Below, piece after piece: positions 42,372 through 52,157 of a stretch of 64,000 nucleotides of DNA. Origin of the DNA: Limnothrix sp. BL-A-16. Its GTDB lineage: Bacteria; Cyanobacteriota; Cyanobacteriia; CACIAM-69d. The stretch lies in NCBI GenBank assembly GCA_041937175.2, contig CP166615.1, positions 1,952,001 to 2,016,000 of the forward strand, given 5' to 3'. Each line of letters opens with the position of its first letter. The stretch's first letter is position 1. A program made the position numbers and the translations under genes. Under the pieces are notes generated by a model. That model saw only the letters and a list, made by a program, of their open reading frames with translations. It did not search any database and was not told the origin of the DNA.

Positions 42372-42735
42372 AATGCATGGCCGATGAAGCCCGTCGCTAC
42401 GGGATCAAGGTCACGCTGTTCTATTTTGGTGGCATTGATTCACCCTTTTGGGACAACGTGAGCCTCAAGGTCGATCGCGCCAAAATGCTGTCCACGGAAA
42501 CGGCGGCCGATGCCATTTTGTTTGCTCTCAGTGCAGAACCGCAAGCCATTCCCATGGAAATCAATATTCAGCCGGAAAGCCATCTCTTTTTCTAGGCATT
42601 CGTGAATATTCATCGGCCATCGAGAATAGCAATTCAGCGCCCCCGTTCAAGGCAGTCGCTCGGGGACAAAACCTGCTGATCGATCGCCTCGCTCCGCCAT
42701 TGACTCGCTTTGGCCGATTGCTCTATGCTTGTGAT

Positions 42736-42750
42736 TGAGAATGATTCTCA
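42736..42750. promoter_or_regulatory. Zur/Fur-type 7-1-7 box
   Basis: Perfect palindrome TGAGAAT-G-ATTCTCA just downstream of a -10-like TATGCT (42724), upstream of the ZnuA-like gene. Confidence 0.8.
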
Positions 42751-42827
42751 TTCTAGAGAAGCCTCTGAATCTTGGCGTGGGCCAACCAGAGGCATAACCG
42801 CAAGCTTAGGTGTGATTGATGGGTGGG

Positions 42828-44006
42828 ATGACTCGAACCATGGCGGAACGGCGATCGCGCAACCGGGGAATCGGGCGGATGCAATGGCCAGCGATTGCCC
42901 TTGGCCTGGCCCTGCTGGGAACGGGTTGCGGCACTGGATCCAACTCCGGGGGAACAACCAACGGTAACAGCGCCCAAGCAACCAACACCACCGCCAACCC
43001 CGATCGCCCCAAGGTGGTGGCCAGTGGTGGCGTGGTTTGCGACTTGGCCCAGCAAATTGCGGGCGAGACGATCGACCTCACCTGTTTGGTGCAACCCGGC
43101 CGCGACCCCCACACCTACGAACCCACCCCCAGCGATCGCGCCGCGATTGAGTCTGCCAGTCTCGTGCTCTATGGCGGCTACGACTTTGAAGGAGGGTTAA
43201 CCAAGACCCTCACCAGCGCCCCCACCCAGGGCCCCAAAGTGGCAATTTTTGAAAAGGCCGTTCCCAGTCCCCTGAAAATGGCCGCCCATGATCATGATCA
43301 CGACCATGGCCACGACCACGACCATGAAGATGACCACGACCACAAAGCCGAAGCGGCCGCCAAACCCGAGGAACATGATCACGACCATGATGCAGATCCA
43401 AAAACTGCAACTGGGGCAGCGGCGGAACTGGTGGCGGATCCTCACGTGTGGCACAGCCCCCAAAATGGGCAAAAGCTAACGGCGATCGTGGCGGCCCAAC
43501 TGAGTCAACTGATTCCCACCCAAGCCGATCGCTATCAACAGGCTGCCCAGGCCCTGACCGGCGAACTGCAAGCACTCGATCGCTGGATTCAAACCCAAGT
43601 AGCCACCGTCCCGCCCGATCGACGGCGACTCATCACCACCCACGATGCCTTGCGCTACTACGCTCAAGCCTATGGATTTGAGGTGAAAGGGGCCCTCAGC
43701 GGCCTGAGCACCGAAGAGCGACCAACCCCCAGCAAGCTGGCGGAACTGGTGAAACTGGTCAAGGCGGCCAATGTGCCAGCGATTTTTGCGGAAGCGTCCA
43801 CCAACCCCAAAACGATCGCCACCGTTGCTCGCGAGGCCGGCGTGCAGGTAGCTGCCAACCCGCTCTATATTGACGGGCCCGGCGCACCGGGAACGGCGGG
43901 ATCCACCTATCAAACCATGCTGATTAGCAATACTTGCACGGTGGTGAATGCTTTGGGAGGGCAATGCGAACCCAAGACGGCTCCCCTGGGGAAATCTGGT
44001 TCTTGA
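42828..44006 (+). CDS. Zn/Mn ABC transporter substrate-binding lipoprotein (ZnuA-like, His-rich loop)
   Basis: Lipobox 'LGTGC', 'DPHTYEPTP', an (HD)n loop, 'DPHVW' and 'TTHDAL.Y'. Start uncertain. Confidence 0.92.
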   Translation: MTRTMAERRSRNRGIGRMQWPAIALGLALLGTGCGTGSNSGGTTNGNSAQATNTTANPDRPKVVASGGVVCDLAQQIAGETIDLTCLVQPGRDPHTYEPTPSDRAAIESASLVLYGGYDFEGGLTKTLTSAPTQGPKVAIFEKAVPSPLKMAAHDHDHDHGHDHDHEDDHDHKAEAAAKPEEHDHDHDADPKTATGAAAELVADPHVWHSPQNGQKLTAIVAAQLSQLIPTQADRYQQAAQALTGELQALDRWIQTQVATVPPDRRRLITTHDALRYYAQAYGFEVKGALSGLSTEERPTPSKLAELVKLVKAANVPAIFAEASTNPKTIATVAREAGVQVAANPLYIDGPGAPGTAGSTYQTMLISNTCTVVNALGGQCEPKTAPLGKSGS

Positions 44007-44286
44007 AGCCCCGTTCTTGAAATTCAAATCTCAAAATCTAGGACTCAAGGTTTAAATTTTGAATTTTAGTTTCTAGAATTTAGTTCCTGAAGTTGAGTTC
44101 TCGATCTTTGGTGATCAAAATTTCGATTTTTGAGCCATATTCTTCACCACTTTTTGAGATTTAATCTTGCTCTAATCTTGGATTACGCTTCCTTGATGAA
44201 TACATTCAATTCATCGGCTCAAGGAAGCAATTTCATCTCTGCGCTAACCTGAGATATTCAAGATTTGCGAGGCAAGTACAACAACC

Positions 44287-45003
44287 ATGTACGTTCTCAT
44301 CGGTGGCGCAGGAATGATGGGATTGCGGTTAGCCCAACAACTCCTAGAGCTGGGGCATACCGTTGCTGTGATTGACAAAGATCCCTTAGCCTGTCGATTT
44401 GCTCGCGAACAAATTGGGGTGATGGCCTTCGAGGGCAGCGCAGTGAGCACCGCAGTGCTTCTGGAGGCTGGGATCCGGCAGGCCAATGCGGTGGTAGCAG
44501 CCCTGAGGGATGATGCTTTGAATTTAGCGCTCATCACCTTATCCAAAAGTTACGGCATTGCCCACACTGTTGTTCGGATGCTCGATCGCGAGTTTCTGGA
44601 TGCTTATCGTTTAGCCGGCGCTAGCCACATCATCAGCACCATTGATTTGGCAGTGGCCACGATGGCCAATGCGATCGAATACCCAGAAGTGGAATCGATG
44701 ATGCATTTTGAACAGGGTCAGGTTGAAGTGCTCAAGCTACCTGTTCCCAATGACTGTTATGTGGTCGATCGCACGATCGCTCAGATTGCCCAAGATCCCG
44801 ATTTCCCAACGGGATCCCTCATCATTGGTTATCAAAGTCATGCTTGTAGCAACTTAGAAATTCCCAATGGTCAAACAGTTTTGAAAGCTGGCTCTACCAT
44901 TTTGGTCGTGACCCGGCCGGAACTCGTTCGGCCGATGATCAAATACCTTGGACTCACTGCTAGTCATCGCTCAGAGACTGAAGCTTTTGATCCAAATCCT
45001 TGA
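44287..45003 (+). CDS. TrkA family K+ transport regulatory (RCK) protein
   Basis: Rossmann fold 'IGGAGMMG..LA..L...GH.V.VID', 'LLEAGI..A' and a TrkA_C domain. Confidence 0.9.
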   Translation: MYVLIGGAGMMGLRLAQQLLELGHTVAVIDKDPLACRFAREQIGVMAFEGSAVSTAVLLEAGIRQANAVVAALRDDALNLALITLSKSYGIAHTVVRMLDREFLDAYRLAGASHIISTIDLAVATMANAIEYPEVESMMHFEQGQVEVLKLPVPNDCYVVDRTIAQIAQDPDFPTGSLIIGYQSHACSNLEIPNGQTVLKAGSTILVVTRPELVRPMIKYLGLTASHRSETEAFDPNP

Positions 45004-46612
45004 TATAGCGTCGCACCACATCTTCTGAAACAATCCGCTTGCGCAGGGCATCGTTAATTGCACCCTTTTCCGCAATCATTAACTGTCTTCGCACCACATC
45101 TAATTGACTGGGATGATGCAGACCCAAATGGGCTTGGTGTTGGTTATAGACCCCCCTCAAAACCCGTTCTGATCCGGCGACTTTGGCTTGATAAGCAGCC
45201 CAAAGCTCCTCGTAAATTGCTTTTGGTAAAACGCCAGCCTTGAGTAGCTGGGCAAGTTCATCCTGCGCTGCCTTGGCCCCAATCAGTTGAATTTGTAATT
45301 GGCCAATTTCTTCGGATATTCCATTGCCTTGGCCGATGTTGAGCTGCTTGATCAGCCAAGGCAATGCCAGTCCCTGAATCACCAACGAAAATAGGACTGC
45401 CCCAAAAACCAGCTCAATAATGAATTCCCGGCCAACAAAGCCCACAGGAATGGCGATCGCCAAGGCCATGGACAGCGATCCTTTAATGTTGCCGAGCACT
45501 AGGACATGTTGCCAACGGAGGGGAATTGGGCGATCGAACCAACGCAATCCGGCCAGCAATGAATAAACAGAGATAATGCGTCCTAATTGATAGGCAATGA
45601 TCACCAAAATAACCGCCGGAAGAATTTTCCAAAGGGCTAGGGGATTAATTTCAATGCCAATCAACAGAAAGATGAATGTATTAACACTAAAACCTGCATA
45701 TTCCCAAAAGCTGAGCAACGTGATGCGATAGGAGGCTGATGTGGCTTGGGGCAAACCCAAATTACCAAAAACCAAACCAGCAATCACGACGGCTACTGCA
45801 CCAGAAACACCCAAAAATTGGCCTAATTGGAACGTGCCTAAAGCCAATGCTACGGTTAGCAGCAAGCTGCTCAATGGATCTTGCAGGCGATTAAAAATTG
45901 GCAGGCAAAGATAGCCTAAAACTGCTCCGAGGAATGCACCACCCAAGGAAACAAGCAGCATCTCTTTGATGCCTTGACTGACGGTAATGCTACCGGTGGA
46001 GTAAATGACCAACAGCAAATTGAAGGACACTAAGGCTGCGGCATCGTTAAATAATGTTTCGCCTTCAACGATCGTTGAAAGCCGCGAAGGAACTCGCAGT
46101 TCCTTAAACACCGCGATCATGGAAACGGTGTCGGTATTAGCCAAAATTACGCCAATCAAAAGCGCATTAACCCAGTCCAACCCTAAACTCAGTTTCACCA
46201 GAACAGCAATGATCCCTGAGGATAATAAGGAGCCAGGAATTGCGAGCAGGGCGATCGGTTTGAAGGTGCTGCGAAGGCGACTAATATCCGTGTTGATTGC
46301 CGCTTCAAAGATCAGAATTGGCAGAAAAAGATTGAGCACCAGCGACGGATCCAAACCAATGCGCTGGGATAGCAAGTCGGTGATGGGTAGCCCCGCCAGC
46401 ACCAAACCGGTGACATAGGGAATTCTCAATCGCTGAGTCACCAGAGCAACGGTGGTTGCCAGCAAGAGCAGGATAATGAGGATATTAATCAGTTCGGAAA
46501 TGCTGCCGGCTGCTAGACTGCTGACCACTGAATCATTGGAATTGTTAACTGAATTGCTGTTCGCTAGGGATTGTGGCAAGGAGGAAAGAGTCAGAAACCA
46601 ATCATGCTTCAT
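44960..46612 (-). CDS. CPA1 family Na+/H+ antiporter
   Basis: 'FLPILIFEAA', 'ANTDTVS', 'VEGETLFNDA' and 'GNIKGSLSMALA'. Confidence 0.93.
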   Translation of the reverse strand: MKHDWFLTLSSLPQSLANSNSVNNSNDSVVSSLAAGSISELINILIILLLLATTVALVTQRLRIPYVTGLVLAGLPITDLLSQRIGLDPSLVLNLFLPILIFEAAINTDISRLRSTFKPIALLAIPGSLLSSGIIAVLVKLSLGLDWVNALLIGVILANTDTVSMIAVFKELRVPSRLSTIVEGETLFNDAAALVSFNLLLVIYSTGSITVSQGIKEMLLVSLGGAFLGAVLGYLCLPIFNRLQDPLSSLLLTVALALGTFQLGQFLGVSGAVAVVIAGLVFGNLGLPQATSASYRITLLSFWEYAGFSVNTFIFLLIGIEINPLALWKILPAVILVIIAYQLGRIISVYSLLAGLRWFDRPIPLRWQHVLVLGNIKGSLSMALAIAIPVGFVGREFIIELVFGAVLFSLVIQGLALPWLIKQLNIGQGNGISEEIGQLQIQLIGAKAAQDELAQLLKAGVLPKAIYEELWAAYQAKVAGSERVLRGVYNQHQAHLGLHHPSQLDVVRRQLMIAEKGAINDALRKRIVSEDVVRRYIKDLDQKLQSLSDD

Positions 46613-46783
46613 GCGGTTTTCTCCTAGATTAATGACGAAGGTTAATGGCAAATTTGCCCCGCTCTAATTTGGTCGGGAGGGGGGTAGGCGTGGCCAGATT
46701 TCTGGCGAGCTGTTACAGTCGATCGCCCAATTGAAATGCCAGGCCGAATAGTTAGGTTAAGTTAGATCAAAATTAAGTCAAAG

Positions 46784-47983
46784 TTAGGCCGCGACGAGCG
46801 ATCGAATTAGTTCCGCCAATTGATCCACTTCTGCTTCTTGGGTGAAGTAATGAACACAGGCCCGCGCACAATCGGGATTGGGCAGGGTTCGTAGCAAGTA
46901 TTTTTGTTTTTCCAGGGTGGCCACGAGCGATCGAGCGTTGTGGGAGCCGCTGACCTTGAAGGAAACGAGGCCGGTTGGCGGCGGATATGGCAGCCAACAT
47001 TCCACCTGGGGAATAGTTTGCAGATGTTGCCAAAGACGGCCGGCAAGCTGCACGATTCGATCGTACCGTTGCTGGGGTGTGCCCCAACGGCGGTGCAAGT
47101 CCAGAGCCGATTGGAGACCTAGCCCAAGCGCATAGGCGGAGGTGGCCACTTCAAAGCGCTGGCCGGTGGTTTTGTGGCCCGTGGGGTTGCCTTGGCGATC
47201 GGCTGTGATGCCACGCCAGCCCACAAAGGTTGGCTCCAGGCTCGATCGGGGATTCACATACAATCCCCCCAACCCATCGGGTCCACAACACCACTTGTGG
47301 CCCGTGAAGGCATAGAAATCAATCTCTAATTCCGACAGATTCAAGGGCAACAGGCCCACCGATTGGGCTGCATCAACCAGGATTTGCACGGAGGGCTGTT
47401 GGTGGCGGCAAGCGCGGGCAATGGCTTGCACATCGAGAATTTCGCCCGTATTCCAAAGGGCGTGGCTCACCAACACCAAGCGGGTTTGGGGATGTAGATG
47501 GGCCAAAATAGCTTCCATGATCGGTTGCTCAGGGACGCGATCGCGCAGGGGAAATTGATCGATCGTCACTCCCCAGCGCTGGGCGATCGCTTGGGCGGCG
47601 GCCACCACCCCCGGATGCTCGGAATCGCTCATCAATAGCCGATCGCCCGATCGCCAAGGCAATCCCCAAAGGGCAATGTTGCAGCCGGCCGTCACATTCT
47701 CAGTCAGGGCGATCGTCTCGGGACTCACCTGCAATTCCTGGGCAATGGCTTGGCGGGTGGCGGCCAATTGCGCATCAACCCAATCGCCCACAGCGCTGCT
47801 GAAGGGGCCCAATTGCTGCATCGTTTGCCAGGCTTGCACCATGGCTTCCAGGGATCCTTGGGGTAGTGGCCCTTGGCCGCCGTAGTTGAAATAGGTTTTG
47901 TTGTCTAGGGCGGGGAATTGGGAACGCACCTGATCAATGCTCCAGGGTTCTCCGTTCCTAGGTTCTTGGTTCGTTTGTGCCAT
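46784..47983 (-). CDS. Class V PLP aminotransferase (cysteine/cystine lyase-like)
   Basis: 'YFNYGGQG', 'SEHP', 'VDAAQS' and 'FTGHKW' (PLP lysine). Confidence 0.9.
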   Translation of the reverse strand: MAQTNQEPRNGEPWSIDQVRSQFPALDNKTYFNYGGQGPLPQGSLEAMVQAWQTMQQLGPFSSAVGDWVDAQLAATRQAIAQELQVSPETIALTENVTAGCNIALWGLPWRSGDRLLMSDSEHPGVVAAAQAIAQRWGVTIDQFPLRDRVPEQPIMEAILAHLHPQTRLVLVSHALWNTGEILDVQAIARACRHQQPSVQILVDAAQSVGLLPLNLSELEIDFYAFTGHKWCCGPDGLGGLYVNPRSSLEPTFVGWRGITADRQGNPTGHKTTGQRFEVATSAYALGLGLQSALDLHRRWGTPQQRYDRIVQLAGRLWQHLQTIPQVECWLPYPPPTGLVSFKVSGSHNARSLVATLEKQKYLLRTLPNPDCARACVHYFTQEAEVDQLAELIRSLVAA

Positions 47984-48193
47984 ATCCCTGTTGCCCGCAA
48001 CCACCATGTTTCCAAACGCTCCTGCCAGTAGACTGCTAGTGGGTTTCAACTAATCCCTGTGCAGTCAATCTCAAAGTTTTTATCTTGCGGTTTTTTGCGG
48101 TTTTTATTCCGCAATTTCCATTTCGCAGTTTCTGTCTCGCAGCAGCTCTCCCGATGTTTCGAGGTGGCGGGCGCGAGCCAGGTTGCGTGAATC

Positions 48194-49387
48194 CTAACCA
48201 GCAGCCCAGTCGCGATCGGTTGCCCGTCGTTTGGTGTCATTCAAAGACTGTTTTACCCGTTCCAACACCCAACTGAAGGTTTCAAAAACCTGCCGGAGCG
48301 ATTGTTCATCCCGCAGGGTTGAAAGACTGAAGTTGGGGGCCCGGCGCTCCCGTGAGTCCGGCGGAAGGGCCAGGCCGATCGAGCTAAGGTGGCTGCGCAA
48401 TTCCATCCATTCGTCGTGGCGCGTGAAGGGATACCAAGAAGCGTAGGTGCTGGAATTGATTTCCAAGCCCCCATCAATCCCCACTTTGAACAGCTCATGG
48501 GACTCGCCACGCCCAAAATCACACATGGCCACAAACCCGCCGTAGGTGTCGCCCGTGCGCCAGTAAACCTCCACGTTGGGATGATCGCTACACCACTCGT
48601 AAATGTGGTGTGCAATGGCGGCTTCGTCTTCCCCCTGGCGGGCGCTGAATTCTTGGAAGAAGCTGTCTTCGTCCCAACGCCGCCGATCGAGGGCGGGGGA
48701 AGCACTCTTGGAGTCGGTCATGCGCCCAATTAATCGGGGCACGAGGGTGCGAAATCCTTCATCGCTCACGTATTGGCGCAGTTCAATTGCCTGAACTTCT
48801 GCCGGATCCATCTGGGCGTTCAAAAATTCCACCGTCCGCACCAGTTCCGGCGAGAGGGCATCGGAAACCACCACAATCCGGATTCGACCCGCTTGCAGGT
48901 TGGTTTTCACCTGTTGCCAAAAACGTTCCTCTTCCTCGTCATGGCCCAGGAAGTCTTCCACCACTTGATCGGGATCCCGATCGTTGGCGCGGCAGTTGGC
49001 TTCAAATTGGGCCAGCATGGTTTCGATCGGCCAATATTGCGACAGGTTCGCGGCATATTCAATCGCCTGGCCAATCAGCTCTTGGGCCTGTTGACCGCCG
49101 CCGCGTCCGTGGCTGCAAAACACTTCCACCACCGTGGGCACACCGCTGCGATCGAGAAAAATCCGATCCAGAGACCAGCGATCGTCCCGTTCGTCATCAA
49201 AAGTCACCGTGTTCTGGCGAGTGATGGCCAACCAGTCCTGATCACGGTTAATGAGGCTGCGATCGCCAGCCAATAGGTTGGGGTAAGTTTCCAAGAGTTC
49301 CTGAAGAAGCGTCACCGACCCATAGGGCTGCTCCATCATCTCCACGAGTCGCCCATCATTGCGTACGAAGTAAATTCCGCTGCTCAT
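48194..49387 (-). CDS. Hypothetical protein with degenerate PD-(D/E)XK-like domain
   Basis: 397 aa. 'SLDRIFLDRSGVPTVVEV...GQAIEYAAN' resembles NucS-like/restriction-fold proteins. Confidence 0.7.
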   Translation of the reverse strand: MSSGIYFVRNDGRLVEMMEQPYGSVTLLQELLETYPNLLAGDRSLINRDQDWLAITRQNTVTFDDERDDRWSLDRIFLDRSGVPTVVEVFCSHGRGGGQQAQELIGQAIEYAANLSQYWPIETMLAQFEANCRANDRDPDQVVEDFLGHDEEEERFWQQVKTNLQAGRIRIVVVSDALSPELVRTVEFLNAQMDPAEVQAIELRQYVSDEGFRTLVPRLIGRMTDSKSASPALDRRRWDEDSFFQEFSARQGEDEAAIAHHIYEWCSDHPNVEVYWRTGDTYGGFVAMCDFGRGESHELFKVGIDGGLEINSSTYASWYPFTRHDEWMELRSHLSSIGLALPPDSRERRAPNFSLSTLRDEQSLRQVFETFSWVLERVKQSLNDTKRRATDRDWAAG

Positions 49388-49514
49388 GCCTATTGCTCTT
49401 CAGTTGCTGCCGTGAACTGGTGATCGCCGGGGGGCCATGGCGGCCCCCAATCCTTAGCACCGCTTGGGCGACGGACTCATTGGCGACGGATTAACTTGAC
49501 CCGGGGCCGGATCA

Positions 49515-50360
49515 TCAGCCCCTCCACACCCCGTTAAAAACCGCTTCTGCCGGCCCCGTCATGAGGATCCGATCGCTCACAGCATCCCAGGTGATCTGCA
49601 ATGGGCCGCCGGGAAGCTCCACCGTAGCCACTCGATCGCTGTGGCCATTTAACACGGCTGCTACCAGTGTTGCACAGGCCCCCGTTCCACAGGCCAACGT
49701 AATGCCCGCGCCGCGCTCCCAAACTCGCATTCGTAGATAGTCGCGCCGCACCACTTCCACAAATTCCACATTGGTTTTTTGGGGGAAGGCCGGATGGCAT
49801 TCGATTTGCGGGCCAATGGCGGGCAGGTCGATCGCGCTCACATCTTCCACAAAGGTGACACAGTGGGGATTTCCCATGCTGACGGTGGTTACTGTCCAAT
49901 CTTGGCCCGCGGCCGTGAGCGATCGGGCCAGGGCCGTTTCGCCCGTTGTGCCCAGGGTGGTGGGAATCCGTTCGGCTGCCAAAATTGGCTGGCCCATGTC
50001 CACGGTCACCTGGCCATCGGCTTGAATGGTGGGGATAATGAAACCCGCCAGCGTATGGACTTTGTAGGTTTTTTCGGTGTTTTCTAGGCCTTCCAGGGCC
50101 GCTAAATATTTGGCAAAGCAGCGAATGCCATTGCCGCACATTTCCGGTTCAGAACCATCGGAGTTAAAAATTCGCATGGTGTAATCGGCTCCCTGCTCGC
50201 CGGGCAGCACAAAGATCACACCGTCGGCCCCAATGCCAAAATGGCGATCGCACAGTTGCACGGCCTGTTCAGGCGAGAGAATTGGCTCTGCTCGATCGCG
50301 GTTATCCAGCAGAATAAAGTCATTCCCTAATCCGTGATACTTTGCAAACGCAAGTCCCAT
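49515..50360 (-). CDS. dapF: Diaminopimelate epimerase
   Basis: '[11 protein letters not shown]', '[16 protein letters not shown]', 'SMGNPH' and '[13 protein letters not shown]'. Confidence 0.98.
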   Translation of the reverse strand: MGLAFAKYHGLGNDFILLDNRDRAEPILSPEQAVQLCDRHFGIGADGVIFVLPGEQGADYTMRIFNSDGSEPEMCGNGIRCFAKYLAALEGLENTEKTYKVHTLAGFIIPTIQADGQVTVDMGQPILAAERIPTTLGTTGETALARSLTAAGQDWTVTTVSMGNPHCVTFVEDVSAIDLPAIGPQIECHPAFPQKTNVEFVEVVRRDYLRMRVWERGAGITLACGTGACATLVAAVLNGHSDRVATVELPGGPLQITWDAVSDRILMTGPAEAVFNGVWRG

Positions 50361-50372
50361 TGAGCACTCCCT

Positions 50373-50588
50373 ATGGCTGAAGAATTTAATACTGGGCTGC
50401 CCAGCACCCGTCAAGTGCAGACAGCCATTAAGAATAAGCAAGAAGTGGAACTAAAGCTGCTAACCAATGACCTGATCGCAGGCAAGGTGAAGTGGCAGGA
50501 CAGTGATTGCATCTGCATTGTTGACCATTACGACCAGCCTACAATCGTTTGGCGACACGCGATCGCCTATCTCAAGCCCAAGGCCTAG
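50373..50588 (+). CDS. hfq: Cyanobacterial Hfq-like RNA chaperone
   Basis: 71 aa Sm-fold '[14 protein letters not shown]....VELKLLTND...G...WQD...IVWRHAIAY', divergent from dapF. Confidence 0.92.
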   Translation: MAEEFNTGLPSTRQVQTAIKNKQEVELKLLTNDLIAGKVKWQDSDCICIVDHYDQPTIVWRHAIAYLKPKA

Positions 50589-50667
50589 GAGCAACTCAAC
50601 GGCTCATTCAGCGGCTGAACTGGCTGATCAGCAAACGTTTGCGTTGGTTTTGGGGTTTGCGTTGGCC

Positions 50668-50813
50668 TAGGGTCTGTCGCCATTTCCTAGGATCGGGCGG
50701 AAACGATTGATTTTCCATGTCCCAGTCGTCGTAACAAAGGGCTTGAGCATCTTGTCCCCCACGATCTGCCAAAGGTGGAATCAGGGTTTCAGGCGATTTG
50801 ACAACAGGCCCTA
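50668..50813. mobile_element. Complete MITE-like element (142 bp) flanked by TA
   Basis: Reads TA-GGGTCTGTCGCCATTT ... ATTTGACAACAGGCCC-TA, with an internal degenerate palindrome CAAAGGGCTTGAGCATCTTG. Confidence 0.75.
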
Positions 50814-51767
50814 ACCTTGACCCGACTGGGCAGAAGACTGGGCCGGCGAAGCTTCGGCCGGGGCCGCAGGAGCGCGCTGGCCCCGCAAACTGCGGAAGTA
50901 AAGGGTTCCCACGCCCCCCAAAAAGAGGCCATACCCGATCGCCTGAGCCAGGTAGAGATGGTCACGGTAGCCAAAGAGGGTTTTGAGCAACAGACCCGGC
51001 AACACCCGATCGCTCAAGGTCGCTGACCAATCCCAAACCAAAGGCCCCAGCAAGCAGGAATCGCCCCCCACGGCACAAAGGCCAGCCCAGCCGGGATGCA
51101 GTTGCCCCCAAAGAACCGCCGCCGCGTCCAGGTGCTTGAGCACGGAAATCACCAACGCGCCCACCACCAGCAGCAGAATGGTGCCCACCACTTGGAAAAA
51201 TCGGCGCACATCAATCTTGATGCCAAAGCGAAAGAGCAGCAGTCCCATGATGGCGGCTCCGATTACGCCCGCGATCGCCCCCACGGCGGCCCCGAGGCTT
51301 TCCTGAAACTGGGCAGCAATGAAAATGACCGTTTCCAGTCCCTCTTGCAGCACGGCGGCCGTAACCAAGCCAAAAATTTTCCAGGCGGCTCCCGTTTGCG
51401 CCCCGATCGCCCGCTGCACGGAGGATTGCACCTCTCCTTTCAGTTGTTTGGCTTGCTGAGTCATCCAAACCAACATCCAACTCAACAGACCAATGGCGAT
51501 CGCGCCCAAAATCACTTTTAAGCCTTGAGTCCAAAAGGGGGCCCAAGGGGTAACCGATCGATCCAAGGCCCCAAACACCCCGGCCAACCCAACGCCGACC
51601 AAGGCACTCAGGCACAACCCCGCCACAATGCCCCAAGCCACCGATCGGTTGAGGTGGGTTTGGCCCGCCTGTTGCAAACAGGCCAACACCAAGCCAATGA
51701 TCAAAACCGCTTCAAACCCCTCACGCAGGGCGATCGAAAAGGTTGGCAACGCATCCACAAAGTTCAT
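50811..51767 (-). CDS. FTR1/EfeU family iron permease
   Basis: 'LREGFEA' motif plus a variant second motif 'LQEGLET'; multi-TM. Confidence 0.9.
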   Translation of the reverse strand: MNFVDALPTFSIALREGFEAVLIIGLVLACLQQAGQTHLNRSVAWGIVAGLCLSALVGVGLAGVFGALDRSVTPWAPFWTQGLKVILGAIAIGLLSWMLVWMTQQAKQLKGEVQSSVQRAIGAQTGAAWKIFGLVTAAVLQEGLETVIFIAAQFQESLGAAVGAIAGVIGAAIMGLLLFRFGIKIDVRRFFQVVGTILLLVVGALVISVLKHLDAAAVLWGQLHPGWAGLCAVGGDSCLLGPLVWDWSATLSDRVLPGLLLKTLFGYRDHLYLAQAIGYGLFLGGVGTLYFRSLRGQRAPAAPAEASPAQSSAQSGQG

Positions 51768-52157
51768 GGCGGGGAAGCCCCAATAGCATTAATCGTTCGT
51801 CAATTGTTCAGCAATCGTTCGGCGCTCTTCTCCAAGCTAGCGAGGAATGGCGCGATCGGGCAAGACAAGAGCAAGATTGGCCGGATAATTAGCCGGATAT
51901 TAATTGGTTGATTGCTTGGTTGATTGCTTGATTTCTCGACTCAACAATAATCTCGAAAAACATTCTTAAAAATATTCCCCAAAAATATTCCCGCAATATG
52001 GCCGCAACATTCCCCAAAAGAGACTCAAGCAACTAGTTCAAAAAATCTTCATCATCAGAATTTCACAAAAAAATGGGCGATCGAGCCGCTTTCATGACCC
52101 GAACGCCCCTCAAAGATAACGATAAAAATCCCTAACGCAATGGTCTAGACCAACTCC

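Larger units (their letters stand above)
40955..42595 (+). pseudogene. SDR oxidoreductase interrupted by an IS5-family element
   Basis: The 5' part has 'VGGTGGIG', 'NAAG' and YxxxK ('YCASK'). Removing the IS and one AAT restores ...GLSK-CMADEARRYGIKVT in frame. Confidence 0.92.

Noticed and set aside
51770..51960. Fur box upstream of FTR1
   Set aside because: One would be expected biologically, but I could not see a convincing palindrome.
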